A stretch of 32,000 bases of DNA from Actinoplanes sp. NPDC049681 (GTDB taxonomy: Bacteria > Actinomycetota > Actinomycetes > Mycobacteriales > Micromonosporaceae), in the NCBI RefSeq assembly GCF_044465265.1, contig NZ_JBITLP010000003.1:21577-53576 (forward strand). The letters run 5' to 3'. Below are positions 8,484 to 17,184 of this stretch, piece by piece; the first letter of the stretch is position 1; the number at the start of each line of letters is the position of its first letter. A model generated the notes under the pieces. It searched no databases. It saw only the letters and a program-made list of their open reading frames with translations, and was not told the origin of the DNA. A program made the translations under genes and the position numbers.

Positions 8484-8529
8484 AGGATCCGCAGCGGCAA
8501 CCTGCTCATCAGTTGAAGCGGCGGATCCT
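8484..8529 (-). terminator. Possible factor-independent terminator hairpin downstream of the methyltransferase gene
   Basis: AGGATCCGCAGC (8484-8495) pairs with GCGGCGGATCCT (8518-8529). This gives a 12-bp stem with one mismatch and a 22-nt loop, 45 nt past the stop codon. There is no U-tract, so the call is weak. Confidence 0.25.
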
Positions 8530-8573
8530 CCTGACGCAGCGCAGTCCACGACCGAGCTTCGCCGTCGTGGGGG

Positions 8574-9455
8574 TCAGGTACGTCGGGCGGACCACCATCC
8601 CACGGTGAAGACCCCGGCGGTGCGAGCGGCGTCCAGCGCTTGCTTACCGTTCCTGATGAGCTCGCCGGATCTGCCTTCGTAGGTCATCCAGGACTCGGGC
8701 GCCTCGGTGCTGCCCATGCAGAGTTCACCGGCGAACTCGTCTTCGGCGTGCGTGACGTCGAAGCCTGCGCTGCGCATCATCGCCGTATACGAGTCGAGGG
8801 TGCCCATGGGCCGCGCCAGGCGGAAGTGTTCGCAGACGGGCTCGATCAGCGAGGCGATGTCGTCGGTCGTCTGGTGCCGGCCGTAGGGTCGCTGGATCCA
8901 GTCGAGACCGACGAGCCTGCCGCCTGGCTTGACGATCCGGTGGGCGGCCTTGAAGAAGGCCTCCTTGTTGGACAGGTGACAGACGGACTCCATGAACAGC
9001 ACCGCGTCGAAGGACTTGGAAGGCCACGCGGCCAGTTCCTTGTAGTCCTCATCTCCGACCGTCACAAAGGCGGTTAGGTCGCTCACCCCGCGCTCGGCTG
9101 CCAGCCGGCGTGCGCGCACGTTGAGGGACTCCGTGTTCGATAGCCCGACGATCGTCGCTCCGGTCATGGCGGCCATCTGCACGGCACCGCCGCCTGCTCC
9201 CGCGCCGAACTCCAGCGCGCGGCTGGCCGGGCGCAGTCCTGCGTGCTCGGTGAGTCGGCGAAGCATCGCCGTGGCGGCTTCCTGCGGGGATCCGCCGGCT
9301 TTCTGGACGGCCCAATCCCCGTGGAACCAGGTGTCGCCCATCATCGCGATGTAGGCGAGGGCTGCCGCTTCTCCGTCCGGGCCCTCGTCGTAGAAACGCC
9401 GTACCAGTGACTCGTGAGTTGCATGGGCCGTGCCGGCCCTGCTAAGCGCATGCAT
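8574..9455 (-). CDS. Class I SAM-dependent methyltransferase
   Basis: Motif I is ALEFGAGAGGGAVQMA. It is followed by an acidic post-I residue context (IVGLSNTE), FDAVLFMESVCHL and IVKPGGRLV, the order seen in Methyltransf_11/CMAS-like enzymes. Confidence 0.85.
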   Translation of the reverse strand: MHALSRAGTAHATHESLVRRFYDEGPDGEAAALAYIAMMGDTWFHGDWAVQKAGGSPQEAATAMLRRLTEHAGLRPASRALEFGAGAGGGAVQMAAMTGATIVGLSNTESLNVRARRLAAERGVSDLTAFVTVGDEDYKELAAWPSKSFDAVLFMESVCHLSNKEAFFKAAHRIVKPGGRLVGLDWIQRPYGRHQTTDDIASLIEPVCEHFRLARPMGTLDSYTAMMRSAGFDVTHAEDEFAGELCMGSTEAPESWMTYEGRSGELIRNGKQALDAARTAGVFTVGWWSARRT

Positions 9456-9593
9456 TTCTGTCCAATTCGTTTTACGGCTGGATTGGGAATGCGACCTCGA
9501 TCACACCAGGTGGTCTTTGGTGCCGACTGCAACGGGGCAACTACGGGCAAACAACGATCCTTGCCGATGCAGCGGCCGGGATGCATCGCCATG

Positions 9594-9637
9594 ACGGGGT
9601 AATCAGCGACGCGGTGGTTACCTACTTCGGGGTAATC
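9594..9637 (+). promoter_or_regulatory. Direct repeat CGGGGTAATC x2 (33-bp spacing) with central GGTTACC palindrome, just upstream of the STAND-LuxR gene
   Basis: CGGGGTAATC occurs at 9595-9604 and 9628-9637, ending 8 nt before ATG 9645. It lies in the divergent intergenic region shared with the methyltransferase gene. Confidence 0.3.
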
Positions 9638-9644
9638 TCCGTCG

Positions 9645-11912
9645 ATGATCGCCGGGGAGATCAGGGGAAATCTGCCGCTGGACATCGGGCCGTTCGTCGG
9701 CCGTGACGCTCTACTCAAGAAGGTCTGTCGTCTGCTGAGTCATGTCCGGTTGCTGACCTTGACCGGCCCTGGCGGTGTGGGCAAGACGCGTCTTGCCCTG
9801 CGCGTCCTCAAGCAGGAGTCAGCCGACAGCGCTTGGATGATAGACATCGAATCGGTGGCTGCTCAAGCCGACCGCAGCCCGGCAAGCTTATACGCTCACC
9901 TGGCTTTGGAGCTCGGTATTCACCGTAATGGTGTCGCCGGGCTGGACACCATCCTCGACCATCTGCGTGGCCGACGGGTGTTGCTGGCGCTGGACAACTG
10001 CGAGTCACTGGTGCCTGAGGTCAGGGCGTTCGTGCGGGCGCTTCTGGTGGCGGCGCCGCACGTGCGGATTCTGGCGACATCGCGGCAGGTGCTCGGCGTG
10101 GAAGGCGAGCACACGCTGGTCGTGCCGCCGCTCGATCTGTCCGCTGCGAGTCAGCTGTTCATCGAACACGCCGCCGCTGCCGGCGCGGATCGCAGGGTCT
10201 TGGGCGCCGACCCAGGTGTGGAAGAGCTGTGCGCTCGCCTTGATGGCCTGCCCCTGGCTGTCCGGCTGGCCGCGGCACGGATGTCCGTGCTGTCGGTGGG
10301 CGACCTGCTCGAGCGCCTCGACGACCGGTTCCACGTACTCAAGGGCATTGAAGGCGTCGTGGCGTGGAGCTACGAGCAGTGCAGCCATGCCGAGCAACGC
10401 CTTTGGGCCGTGGCGTCTGTCTTCGCTGATGCCTTCGACTTGGAAGCCCTTACGGCGATCGCCGCCGGCGCAGGCATGGATCCTCTGCAGGTCATGGACA
10501 ACGTGGCCGGGCTCGTGCAGAAGTCGGTACTGACGGCGGACACCTCCACCGCCACGACCCGCTACGCGATGCTCAACACGGTGCGTGAGTATGGCGAGCG
10601 CAGACTCGCGGATGCCGGTGACGTCGAACGGCTGCGCAACCTGCATTGCGACTACTACCGCGATCTGGTCGCTCGCGCTGCCGCGTCGTGGCTCGGGCCG
10701 GCCGAGCTCGACGTCATGGCGGCTGTCCACCGGCAGCTTCCCGATATCCTGGCTGCCATCGAGCACGCCTACGTTGGAGGCGACCTCGCGGCGGCCAGGG
10801 CGATCTGCCGCGATCTCGTGCGGTGCCGGGCCCCGTTCTTCTTTGGCTTTCTGGAGCTGGTGAGCCAGCACCTGCACCGCGTGATCGACGCTTCCGCGGC
10901 CGCGATCTCCAACCCGGTAGAGGCCGCTGACGTGGCAGCGGTCGCCGCCATGGCCGGCTGGATCGCGGTGACTGTAGGACGCGCTGATGACGCCGACAAG
11001 CTGATAGCCGCCGCCAACGACATCCTGGAGCAGTGGCAAGTGGGCGCGATTCCCCCGCTGCTGTTCGCCGAAGGCGGCCGCAAGGCGCTCGGCCTCGGTG
11101 TGCGAGAGGGCTTCGGCATGCTCGCCGCGGTCAGAGCGCTGTTCAGTGGGCAGGAGGACGCGGGGGACCGGCATATGGCCACAATGACGTGGGCCATGGG
11201 CTTCGCCTTCGCAGGTGAGCCGGACGCCGCCGTCGAAGCCACTGCCGAATATCTGCGGCAGGCCGAGGCGGCGCAGGCTCCCTGGGCGACCTCCTGGGCG
11301 CTGTGGACCTCCGCCCTGTCAGCCTTGCAAGCCGGCGATCTCCGTCAGGCCTCGACGTATCTTGATCGATGCCTGATCTTGCAGAGCGACATGGATGATC
11401 ATTGGGGCCAGACTTGGTCTATCGAGCTGGCAGCCTGGGTCGCCGCCGCCGGGCTCGAGCGGGCCGCGAAGCCGCGCGATCGCGCGCGGCGTGCCGCGTG
11501 GCTACTCGGCGCCGCTCAGGCTCGTCAGGACAAGATCGGCGTGCTGATGGCAGGCCTCAAACCCTTCGCGGACCGGCGCGCTCTCGCCCACGAGCAGATC
11601 GCACGCGTCCTGGATGAGGTCGCCACCGCTGCGGCGTCGGCTGATGGCAGACGTGCCCATGCCCATGCGATCCGAGTGGCGCTCGGCGACCCGATGCCGC
11701 GCGGCCCCCGAGCGGTCATGCGTGACGGATTGACTAGACGCGAACTGGAAATCGCCGAGCTGGTAGCCCAAGGCCACACCAGCATCGCGATCGGTAAAGA
11801 ACTCCACATCGCCTCGGCGACCGTGGACGCCCACGTGAAGCGGATCCTCGCCAAGCTCGGACTGCGCAGCCGCAAAGCGCTAGCGGCCTGGGTGGCGTCT
11901 CGCCAGACGTAG
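9645..11912 (+). CDS. LuxR-family transcriptional regulator with N-terminal STAND/AAA ATPase and helical-repeat middle region
   Basis: The N-terminus NLPLDIGPFVGRDALL...LLTLTGPGGVGKTRLA carries a Walker A, and VLLALDNCE is a Walker B. A long Ala/Leu-rich helical region follows. The C-terminal LuxR HTH is LTRRELEIAELVAQGHTSIAIGKELHIASATVDAHVKRILAKLG. Confidence 0.9.
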   Translation: MIAGEIRGNLPLDIGPFVGRDALLKKVCRLLSHVRLLTLTGPGGVGKTRLALRVLKQESADSAWMIDIESVAAQADRSPASLYAHLALELGIHRNGVAGLDTILDHLRGRRVLLALDNCESLVPEVRAFVRALLVAAPHVRILATSRQVLGVEGEHTLVVPPLDLSAASQLFIEHAAAAGADRRVLGADPGVEELCARLDGLPLAVRLAAARMSVLSVGDLLERLDDRFHVLKGIEGVVAWSYEQCSHAEQRLWAVASVFADAFDLEALTAIAAGAGMDPLQVMDNVAGLVQKSVLTADTSTATTRYAMLNTVREYGERRLADAGDVERLRNLHCDYYRDLVARAAASWLGPAELDVMAAVHRQLPDILAAIEHAYVGGDLAAARAICRDLVRCRAPFFFGFLELVSQHLHRVIDASAAAISNPVEAADVAAVAAMAGWIAVTVGRADDADKLIAAANDILEQWQVGAIPPLLFAEGGRKALGLGVREGFGMLAAVRALFSGQEDAGDRHMATMTWAMGFAFAGEPDAAVEATAEYLRQAEAAQAPWATSWALWTSALSALQAGDLRQASTYLDRCLILQSDMDDHWGQTWSIELAAWVAAAGLERAAKPRDRARRAAWLLGAAQARQDKIGVLMAGLKPFADRRALAHEQIARVLDEVATAAASADGRRAHAHAIRVALGDPMPRGPRAVMRDGLTRRELEIAELVAQGHTSIAIGKELHIASATVDAHVKRILAKLGLRSRKALAAWVASRQT

Positions 11913-12182
11913 ACCCGTGCGGTCTCGGTGAGCCACGCGATTGGACCACAGCTCGTGGTTCATGGGGCGGCGTGCGCCTTGGCCGCCGCTGCATGAAAAG
12001 CGTCGCAATGCACGCAAAGCACTGCCTTAACTCGACAGTGACAATGCCGCAATCGCAGTGTGTAGTCAAAGATCGTCAGCGCGTGCACGATGTTGACTTC
12101 GTCGACGCGAAGCCGTCCTCCCAGGACGGCATGAGCCGCGAACCAACGGCTCTCACCCACCGCGTCCTGTGGAGAGGAAGTC

Positions 12183-12887
12183 ATGACTCGAACGGCGCTG
12201 GTCATCGGAGGAAGCCGCGGCATCGGGCATGCCACCGCACTGCTGCTTGCACAGCAGGGACATCGCGTGGCGATCACTTACCGCGACGCTGCACCGTCGT
12301 CGAGCCTGATGTCGGTCCGCTGCGACGTCAATGACCCGGAGACGGTGGAAGCGGCATTCGCGGCGGTCGAAGAGGAGCTGGGCCCGGCCGAGGTGGTCGT
12401 GATGAATGCGGGCATCACTCGGGATCTGCTTCTGGTGCGGATGGCCGAGGAGGAATTCGCGTCCGTTGTCGACACCAACCTGACGGGAGCCTTCCGTATC
12501 GCCAAGCGCGCCACCCGGGCGATGCTGAAGGCCAGGTGGGGACGGCTGATCTTCATCTCGTCGGCGGTGGCGCTGCGCGGTGAAAAGGGACAGGCGAACT
12601 ATGCGGCCTCCAAAGCAGGATTGGTCGGCTTCGCGCGTTCACTGACGCGCGAGCTCGGCAGCCGCAACATCACCGCGAACGTTGTCGCTCCCGGCTACAC
12701 CGAGACGGACATGACCGCGTCCCTGACCGACGCGCAACGTGAGCACATGCGATCACAGATCCCGCTCGGCCGCGCAGCTCAGCCTGAGGAGGTCGCGGCG
12801 GCGGTCGCTTTCCTCGCCAGCGACCAGGCCGGCTACATCTCCGGGGCGGTGTTGCCCGTCGACGGCGGCGCCGGCATGGGTCACTAG
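12183..12887 (+). CDS. fabG: 3-oxoacyl-[ACP] reductase, FabG/MabA-like short-chain dehydrogenase
   Basis: LVIGGSRGIGHA (cofactor-binding glycine motif), NAGITRD, and YAASKAGLVGFARSLTRELGSRNITANVVAPGYTETDMT (catalytic YxxxK) are present. The C-terminus YISGAVLPVDGGAGMGH is nearly collinear with mycobacterial MabA/FabG1 as I remember it. The RBS is GGAGAGGAAG. Confidence 0.9.
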   Translation: MTRTALVIGGSRGIGHATALLLAQQGHRVAITYRDAAPSSSLMSVRCDVNDPETVEAAFAAVEEELGPAEVVVMNAGITRDLLLVRMAEEEFASVVDTNLTGAFRIAKRATRAMLKARWGRLIFISSAVALRGEKGQANYAASKAGLVGFARSLTRELGSRNITANVVAPGYTETDMTASLTDAQREHMRSQIPLGRAAQPEEVAAAVAFLASDQAGYISGAVLPVDGGAGMGH

Positions 12888-13039
12888 CAATCCCAGCAGG
12901 GCGCTAGCCAAGACACATCACCATGGGGGAGAAGGGCGTGCTGAACACCCGCGACCAATCCACATATGTGACGGGCGCCGACCGAACGGAGCGCCCGCGA
13001 GCCGGAAGGACGAGATTCCGCACGGAAGGGGGCGAAGCG

Positions 13040-13339
13040 ATGGAGCCGGCCCAAGCGCAAGCGCACGACGGGTCGGAGGCAGCCTTCACCTTCGGTCGAT
13101 GCCTACGCCGTGCCCGCATGGCCAAGCAATGGTCGCAGCTACAACTGGCGCACCGGATGCGTGAGGTCGGGGCCGGGCACCATGGCGCTGCCACCATCGC
13201 CTCCCTGCTGATCATGCTCAGCAAGTGGGAGAACGACCGGAAGCATCCCAACCAGTACAACCTGCATCTGCTGGCTGCAGCGCTGGACATCCCGGTGGAA
13301 GGCCTGCACCTGCCGGTCGATCCCGACTTCGTCTTTTAA
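13040..13339 (+). CDS. Small XRE-family helix-turn-helix protein
   Basis: FGRCLRRARMAKQWSQLQLAHRM...LSKWENDRKHPNQYNLHLLAAALDIPVEGL fits the Cro/C1-type HTH pattern. ATG 13040 is preceded by GAAGGGGG. The longer ORF from 12923 is possible. Confidence 0.7.
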   Translation: MEPAQAQAHDGSEAAFTFGRCLRRARMAKQWSQLQLAHRMREVGAGHHGAATIASLLIMLSKWENDRKHPNQYNLHLLAAALDIPVEGLHLPVDPDFVF

Positions 13340-13393
13340 CAGCACGCGCGCCGGTGCAGCAGCCTGCGACATTCTGCGGCGGCCCGTGCAACC

Positions 13394-14152
13394 TCAGCGG
13401 CCCCCAGCAGTGCCAGCGTGCTCAGGATGCACTCCGCTGAAGACGCCGAGCGCCCATACCAGAACACCGGCATAGACGTGCAGGGCATCGGCGAACTCGA
13501 CCAGTCGATTGACGCCACCGACATCGCTCACGGTCACGGTCGCGATGTCGTCGTATGCCGACGCTGGATCGCCCTGCATGCGATCGGTGATCAATTCGCT
13601 GAGTGTGCGCCGGGCATGAGCCACGGTCTCGTTCTGCTCCGACGCCACCCGGTCGTCACCATCGCTGCTAAAACGCACCTCCGGCAGGTAGTGGCCCCAC
13701 GCGGCAATCACATCGGACGGAAGAATGACACTGGAGCCCGGTGGCGGCGGCATCTCATCGGTCACTACAGCCTGGGCGACCTGAGTGGCATAGACCGCGT
13801 AGACCGTCGCGGCCCGGGCAAGCACCACGATGGCCTGTTCGAAATGCTGATCGGTGAGGCGCTGTAGATCGGTGAACGCTTGCGGTGCCGGCGTGCCCGC
13901 GCAGTCGGCGGCGCGTTGGGCCTCCAGGATTGCTTCGATTTGCATCCCCTGGGCCGATACGGCTTGCAGGTAGACAGCGGACTGGTTGCACGCTGTTCCC
14001 ATCGCGATGAGCGACCGGCGTACGTCCGCTGGCAAGCGCACCCCCATATGCCGCTGCAACAGCTGCTGCGTGGTCACACCCATGCGCGCCCGTCTCCTGT
14101 CAGTCGGCTGCCCGATTCGCACGCCCCGTGGCGGCATCCCGTTCGGTTGCAA
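13394..14152 (-). CDS. Hypothetical protein (no recognisable motif), single C-terminal hydrophobic helix
   Basis: The long ORF has G/C-rich third codon positions and does not look like a shadow frame. AGGAGA lies upstream of the internal ATG 14083, which may be the true start. The C-terminal helix is YAGVLVWALGVFSGV. It is convergent with the XRE gene. Confidence 0.5.
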   Translation of the reverse strand: MQPNGMPPRGVRIGQPTDRRRARMGVTTQQLLQRHMGVRLPADVRRSLIAMGTACNQSAVYLQAVSAQGMQIEAILEAQRAADCAGTPAPQAFTDLQRLTDQHFEQAIVVLARAATVYAVYATQVAQAVVTDEMPPPPGSSVILPSDVIAAWGHYLPEVRFSSDGDDRVASEQNETVAHARRTLSELITDRMQGDPASAYDDIATVTVSDVGGVNRLVEFADALHVYAGVLVWALGVFSGVHPEHAGTAGGR

Positions 14153-14539
14153 GCTGCATATCGGGCGGCGCGCCGCGCGTCAAGGCGGCGCAGCAGACAG
14201 CCCCGGACAGCCCCAGACAGCTACCTCGGCGAGGCAATCTCGCGGAGGGTCGAATCCGTGGTCGACGTTTCCCAGACTGAAGGCGCTGAGCAATCCGGCG
14301 CCCTTTCCCAACCTGGATCGCGGGCCGAGTCTCACGCACCGCTAGCCCGCCCGGCTCACCTGCCAATCCCGGCCTCGAGCCTGGCCAGACTGCCCCGGCA
14401 CCGCCGCAAGACACTCGCCCGGCTCCTTCTCGTCCTGGCATGCCGACGTGCCGAGGCGACAGCGCCCGACGCAGCTACCTGACCACTGCGCTCCATCTCC
14501 GCGTCGCTATCCCGCGGCGCTGTCTCTGCGAGAGGTTGC

Positions 14540-15478
14540 TTGCTCATGCACCTGCGTTACCTCACGGCGTGCCGGCTGGCCGCGGCCCCGATCGCCGCGG
14601 CAACAGCTGCCCCGGCCTCGGCCTCGCCGACGCGGCCTGACATCGCAGCACCCACCTCCGGCTCCGCAACCATCGGCATGTCGGCTAACCGCATCACCGC
14701 CGGTCGCAGCGGCATCGCTGCGGCGGCCGCGCTGGCGGCTGGACTCGGCACTTTGCTGATGTTCACCGGCCGGCGCGGCGCCGAAGCTCAGCCCGTACGC
14801 CCCGCGCGGCGACGTCCGGCGCCGGTCCCATTCCTCACCGCCGCATCCGCCAACGACCTCCCGTACGCCGACGGGCAGCAGGTGCTGCCCGATGCACCGA
14901 TCGACGAGCACCGCCACCACAAAGGGACCGGTGTGGTGGTTCACCCACGCGCCCCACTGCCGCTGTTCGACAGCTCAGGCCGCCCCTTCGCTCTAATCCG
15001 GCCCGCACACCCGGGCGGTGAGACCTGGCTGCCCGTCATCGAGCAGCAACCCGGGTGGCTTCGCGTGCTGCTGCCGGCGCGCCCCCACGGCGTATCCGGC
15101 AGGCTCGACGCCACCCGCGTCACGAGCGCAGCAAGCCGTCACGAAATCCTGGTCCACCTGGATACGGCGCGACTTCAGCTGCTGCATGACGGCCGCCCGA
15201 TCGGCACCTGGCCTACCGCCACCACCCCCAGCACCGGGCTTCCCACGGGACGCACCTTCCTGCTCGCCATTGTGCGCCGCACACCCCACACGGCCCCGAT
15301 ACTGCTGCGCCTGGCCACCCACGGTCGAGCGGACCAGCCGGGGCTGGCCACCATCTGCCCCCAGCCCACGACAGGCGCGGAGCTCCACAACGATGCCTGC
15401 ATCGGTGTGCCCGCCGCTGCGATGACCGTCCTCGACGCCGTCGCACCCGGCTGCCTCGTGCGCATCTGCGTCCGCTGA
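14540..15478 (+). CDS. Exported/membrane-anchored L,D-transpeptidase (YkuD)-like protein with atypical active-site motif
   Basis: The N-terminus is an Ala-rich signal/anchor. HEILVHLDTARLQLLHDGRPIGTWPTATTPSTGLPTGRTFLL fits the YkuD core pattern (i.v.l....l.l...g..v...pv..G....TP.G.f.v). ATHGRAD is followed by LHNDACIGVP where SxGCIR is expected. ATG 14678 is an alternative start. Confidence 0.5.
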   Translation: MLMHLRYLTACRLAAAPIAAATAAPASASPTRPDIAAPTSGSATIGMSANRITAGRSGIAAAAALAAGLGTLLMFTGRRGAEAQPVRPARRRPAPVPFLTAASANDLPYADGQQVLPDAPIDEHRHHKGTGVVVHPRAPLPLFDSSGRPFALIRPAHPGGETWLPVIEQQPGWLRVLLPARPHGVSGRLDATRVTSAASRHEILVHLDTARLQLLHDGRPIGTWPTATTPSTGLPTGRTFLLAIVRRTPHTAPILLRLATHGRADQPGLATICPQPTTGAELHNDACIGVPAAAMTVLDAVAPGCLVRICVR

Positions 15479-15526
15479 CCTGCCCCGAGGGGCCCAGCCC
15501 ACTCCACGATCACTCAAGGAACGCCC

Positions 15527-16780
15527 ATGCGACTCGATCCGTTCAGCGAGCCCTACAGCCGCGATCCCGCCGCGACCTGGCGGCGCATGCTGGCCACCTC
15601 AGCATCCGTCAGCTACGACCCGGAGCTCGGCATGTGGCTGATCGCCGGGCATGACAACGTCCGCGATGTTCTGTCCGACACCATCCATTTCAGCAATGCG
15701 AGGACTCTGGTCCCCATCACGCAGGTCAGCGCACCGGCCGGCGCGATCCTCGCTGCACTCGATGCCCCGGCCGTGGCCGTCACTGCCGACCCGCCGCAGC
15801 ACCTGCGCACCCGCGCGATCCTGCGCGCGCTGTTTCCCACCACGGCCGTGCGAGCGCAGCAGCAATGGGGAGCGCTCATCCAGGCCCGCGTCGACCGCCT
15901 GGTCACCGACCTGGAGCAGCAGAGCACCGCGGACCTGATGCATTTCGCCGTGCACCTGCCGCTGTACGTCATCCTCGACGTCCTCGGCCTGCCCCTCACC
16001 GACGCCGCCGACGTGCGCGCCTGGACCGACGACTTCTCCCAGCTCGCCTGGGGCAACCCCACCCCCGACGCCCAGCTCGCGTACGCCCAGTCGACTGTCG
16101 CGCTGTGGCGGTACTGCGCCGACGCGGTCACCGCTCGCGCCGACAGCGGTAACTACGGCAGCGGGCTGATCGGTGACCTGCTGCGCTACCGCCACAACGA
16201 CGACGCCCACCTCACCGTCGCCGAGATCGCCGCGCTGGCGCTCAACATCGTCGGCGCCGGCTGGGAAACCACCGCCGGCGCCCTCGGCCACGCCCTGGAC
16301 CACGCCCTCACCGAACCCGACCGATGGGCTCGGCTGGCCAACGACGAGCACTCCCTGAGCCTGCACGTCGAGGAAACGCTGCGGCACAGCCCTGCCATCG
16401 ACGGCTGGCTGCGCTACACCACCACCGAAGTCACCCTCGACGGCGTCACCATCCCGGCCGGGAGCCGTTGCCTCGTGCTCATCGGCGCCGCCAACCATGA
16501 CCCCGCTGTCTACGACGAGCCCTACGCCTTCGACCCGCTGCGGGTCCGCGCCGGTCAGCACCTGGCCTTCGGCGCCGGCCCGCACTACTGCATCGGCGCC
16601 GCCCTGGCCCGTCTCGAACTGACCACCGCGCTGCGGACCCTGGCCCGCCGGCTGCCCGACCTCACACTTGATGGCGGCTTCCAGCGACAGTTCACACCCA
16701 GCGCAGCGTTGCGCCAGCACACAGCTCTACCGGTGCAGCAGCGACCGGCGCGATGCCCCGTGGCCCGCCACAGCTCTTGA
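15527..16780 (+). CDS. Cytochrome P450 monooxygenase
   Basis: The heme-thiolate loop is FGAGPHYCIGAALARLE. The I-helix is VGAGWETTAGAL and the K-helix ExxR is EETLRH. The RBS AAGGAA lies before the ATG. Confidence 0.95.
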   Translation: MRLDPFSEPYSRDPAATWRRMLATSASVSYDPELGMWLIAGHDNVRDVLSDTIHFSNARTLVPITQVSAPAGAILAALDAPAVAVTADPPQHLRTRAILRALFPTTAVRAQQQWGALIQARVDRLVTDLEQQSTADLMHFAVHLPLYVILDVLGLPLTDAADVRAWTDDFSQLAWGNPTPDAQLAYAQSTVALWRYCADAVTARADSGNYGSGLIGDLLRYRHNDDAHLTVAEIAALALNIVGAGWETTAGALGHALDHALTEPDRWARLANDEHSLSLHVEETLRHSPAIDGWLRYTTTEVTLDGVTIPAGSRCLVLIGAANHDPAVYDEPYAFDPLRVRAGQHLAFGAGPHYCIGAALARLELTTALRTLARRLPDLTLDGGFQRQFTPSAALRQHTALPVQQRPARCPVARHSS

Positions 16781-17184
16781 GGCACGGCCACGCCGCGGCG
16801 AATGTCCGATCGACGACATCTGATCATGCAGTCGTCAGGGCCGAAGCGATGTCGACGGATGCGCTGGACGCTGCGGCGGAGGAAAGCAGACTTGCCGTTG
16901 TGCTATGTGCTTCGACACCGACCACTGCACCAGGCCTAGCTCGCGGAGATCGGCCAGCAGCGGAGCGACATGCCGGTCGTAGATCATCGGCGCACCCTCA
17001 ACCGGACGGCCCGCTACCCCTTCGGCCTTCGGGGCGCGCGCGACCGCATCCCCGCGTCTGAGGCCGTCCCGGCTCGTTCAAGGAGCGGAGGTGACAGCCC
17101 AACCCCTTTCCGCCTTTACGGCCCGCGCAACATCAGGTACGAATGACAGCGCAGCGCAGTCATTGCGTGACCGTGCGCTGACTG

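Noticed and set aside
10005-11174. Long antisense ORFs opposite well-supported genes. Examples are 10005-11174(-) opposite the LuxR gene, 15599-16720(-) opposite the P450 gene, 4900-5850(-) opposite the primase-helicase gene, 19920-20648(-) opposite the lmuB-like gene and 28833-29651(-) opposite the VirD4-like gene.
   Set aside because: These are typical shadow ORFs of high-GC DNA. Their translations are Arg/Pro/Gly/Ala-rich low-complexity strings without motifs, whereas the opposite frame carries clear catalytic motifs.
11926-12182. ORFs on both strands (11972-12334 +, 11960-12277 -) and a small hairpin CCGTCC-N5-GGACGG (~12111-12127) between the LuxR and fabG genes.
   Set aside because: The ORFs overlap the well-supported fabG start and translate to Cys/His/Arg-rich nonsense. 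The hairpin has only a 6-bp stem. This is probably just the fabG leader/promoter region.
14193-14222. Short tandem-like repeat AGACAGCCCC / GGACAGCCCC / AGACAGCTAC in the intergenic region upstream of the Ldt-like gene.
   Set aside because: There are only ~2.5 imperfect 10-bp units in GC-rich DNA, with no spacer structure and no partner repeats. This is too little to call a CRISPR, an iteron array or an operator.
16835-16987. A 50-codon minus-strand ORF (MIYDRHVAPLLADLRELGLVQWSVSKH...) with a GAGGGTG SD-like sequence, lying between the P450 and lmuA-like genes.
   Set aside because: It is too short, has no recognisable motif, and its second half is Pro/Gln-rich. It could be a gene fragment, but I cannot support it as a feature.
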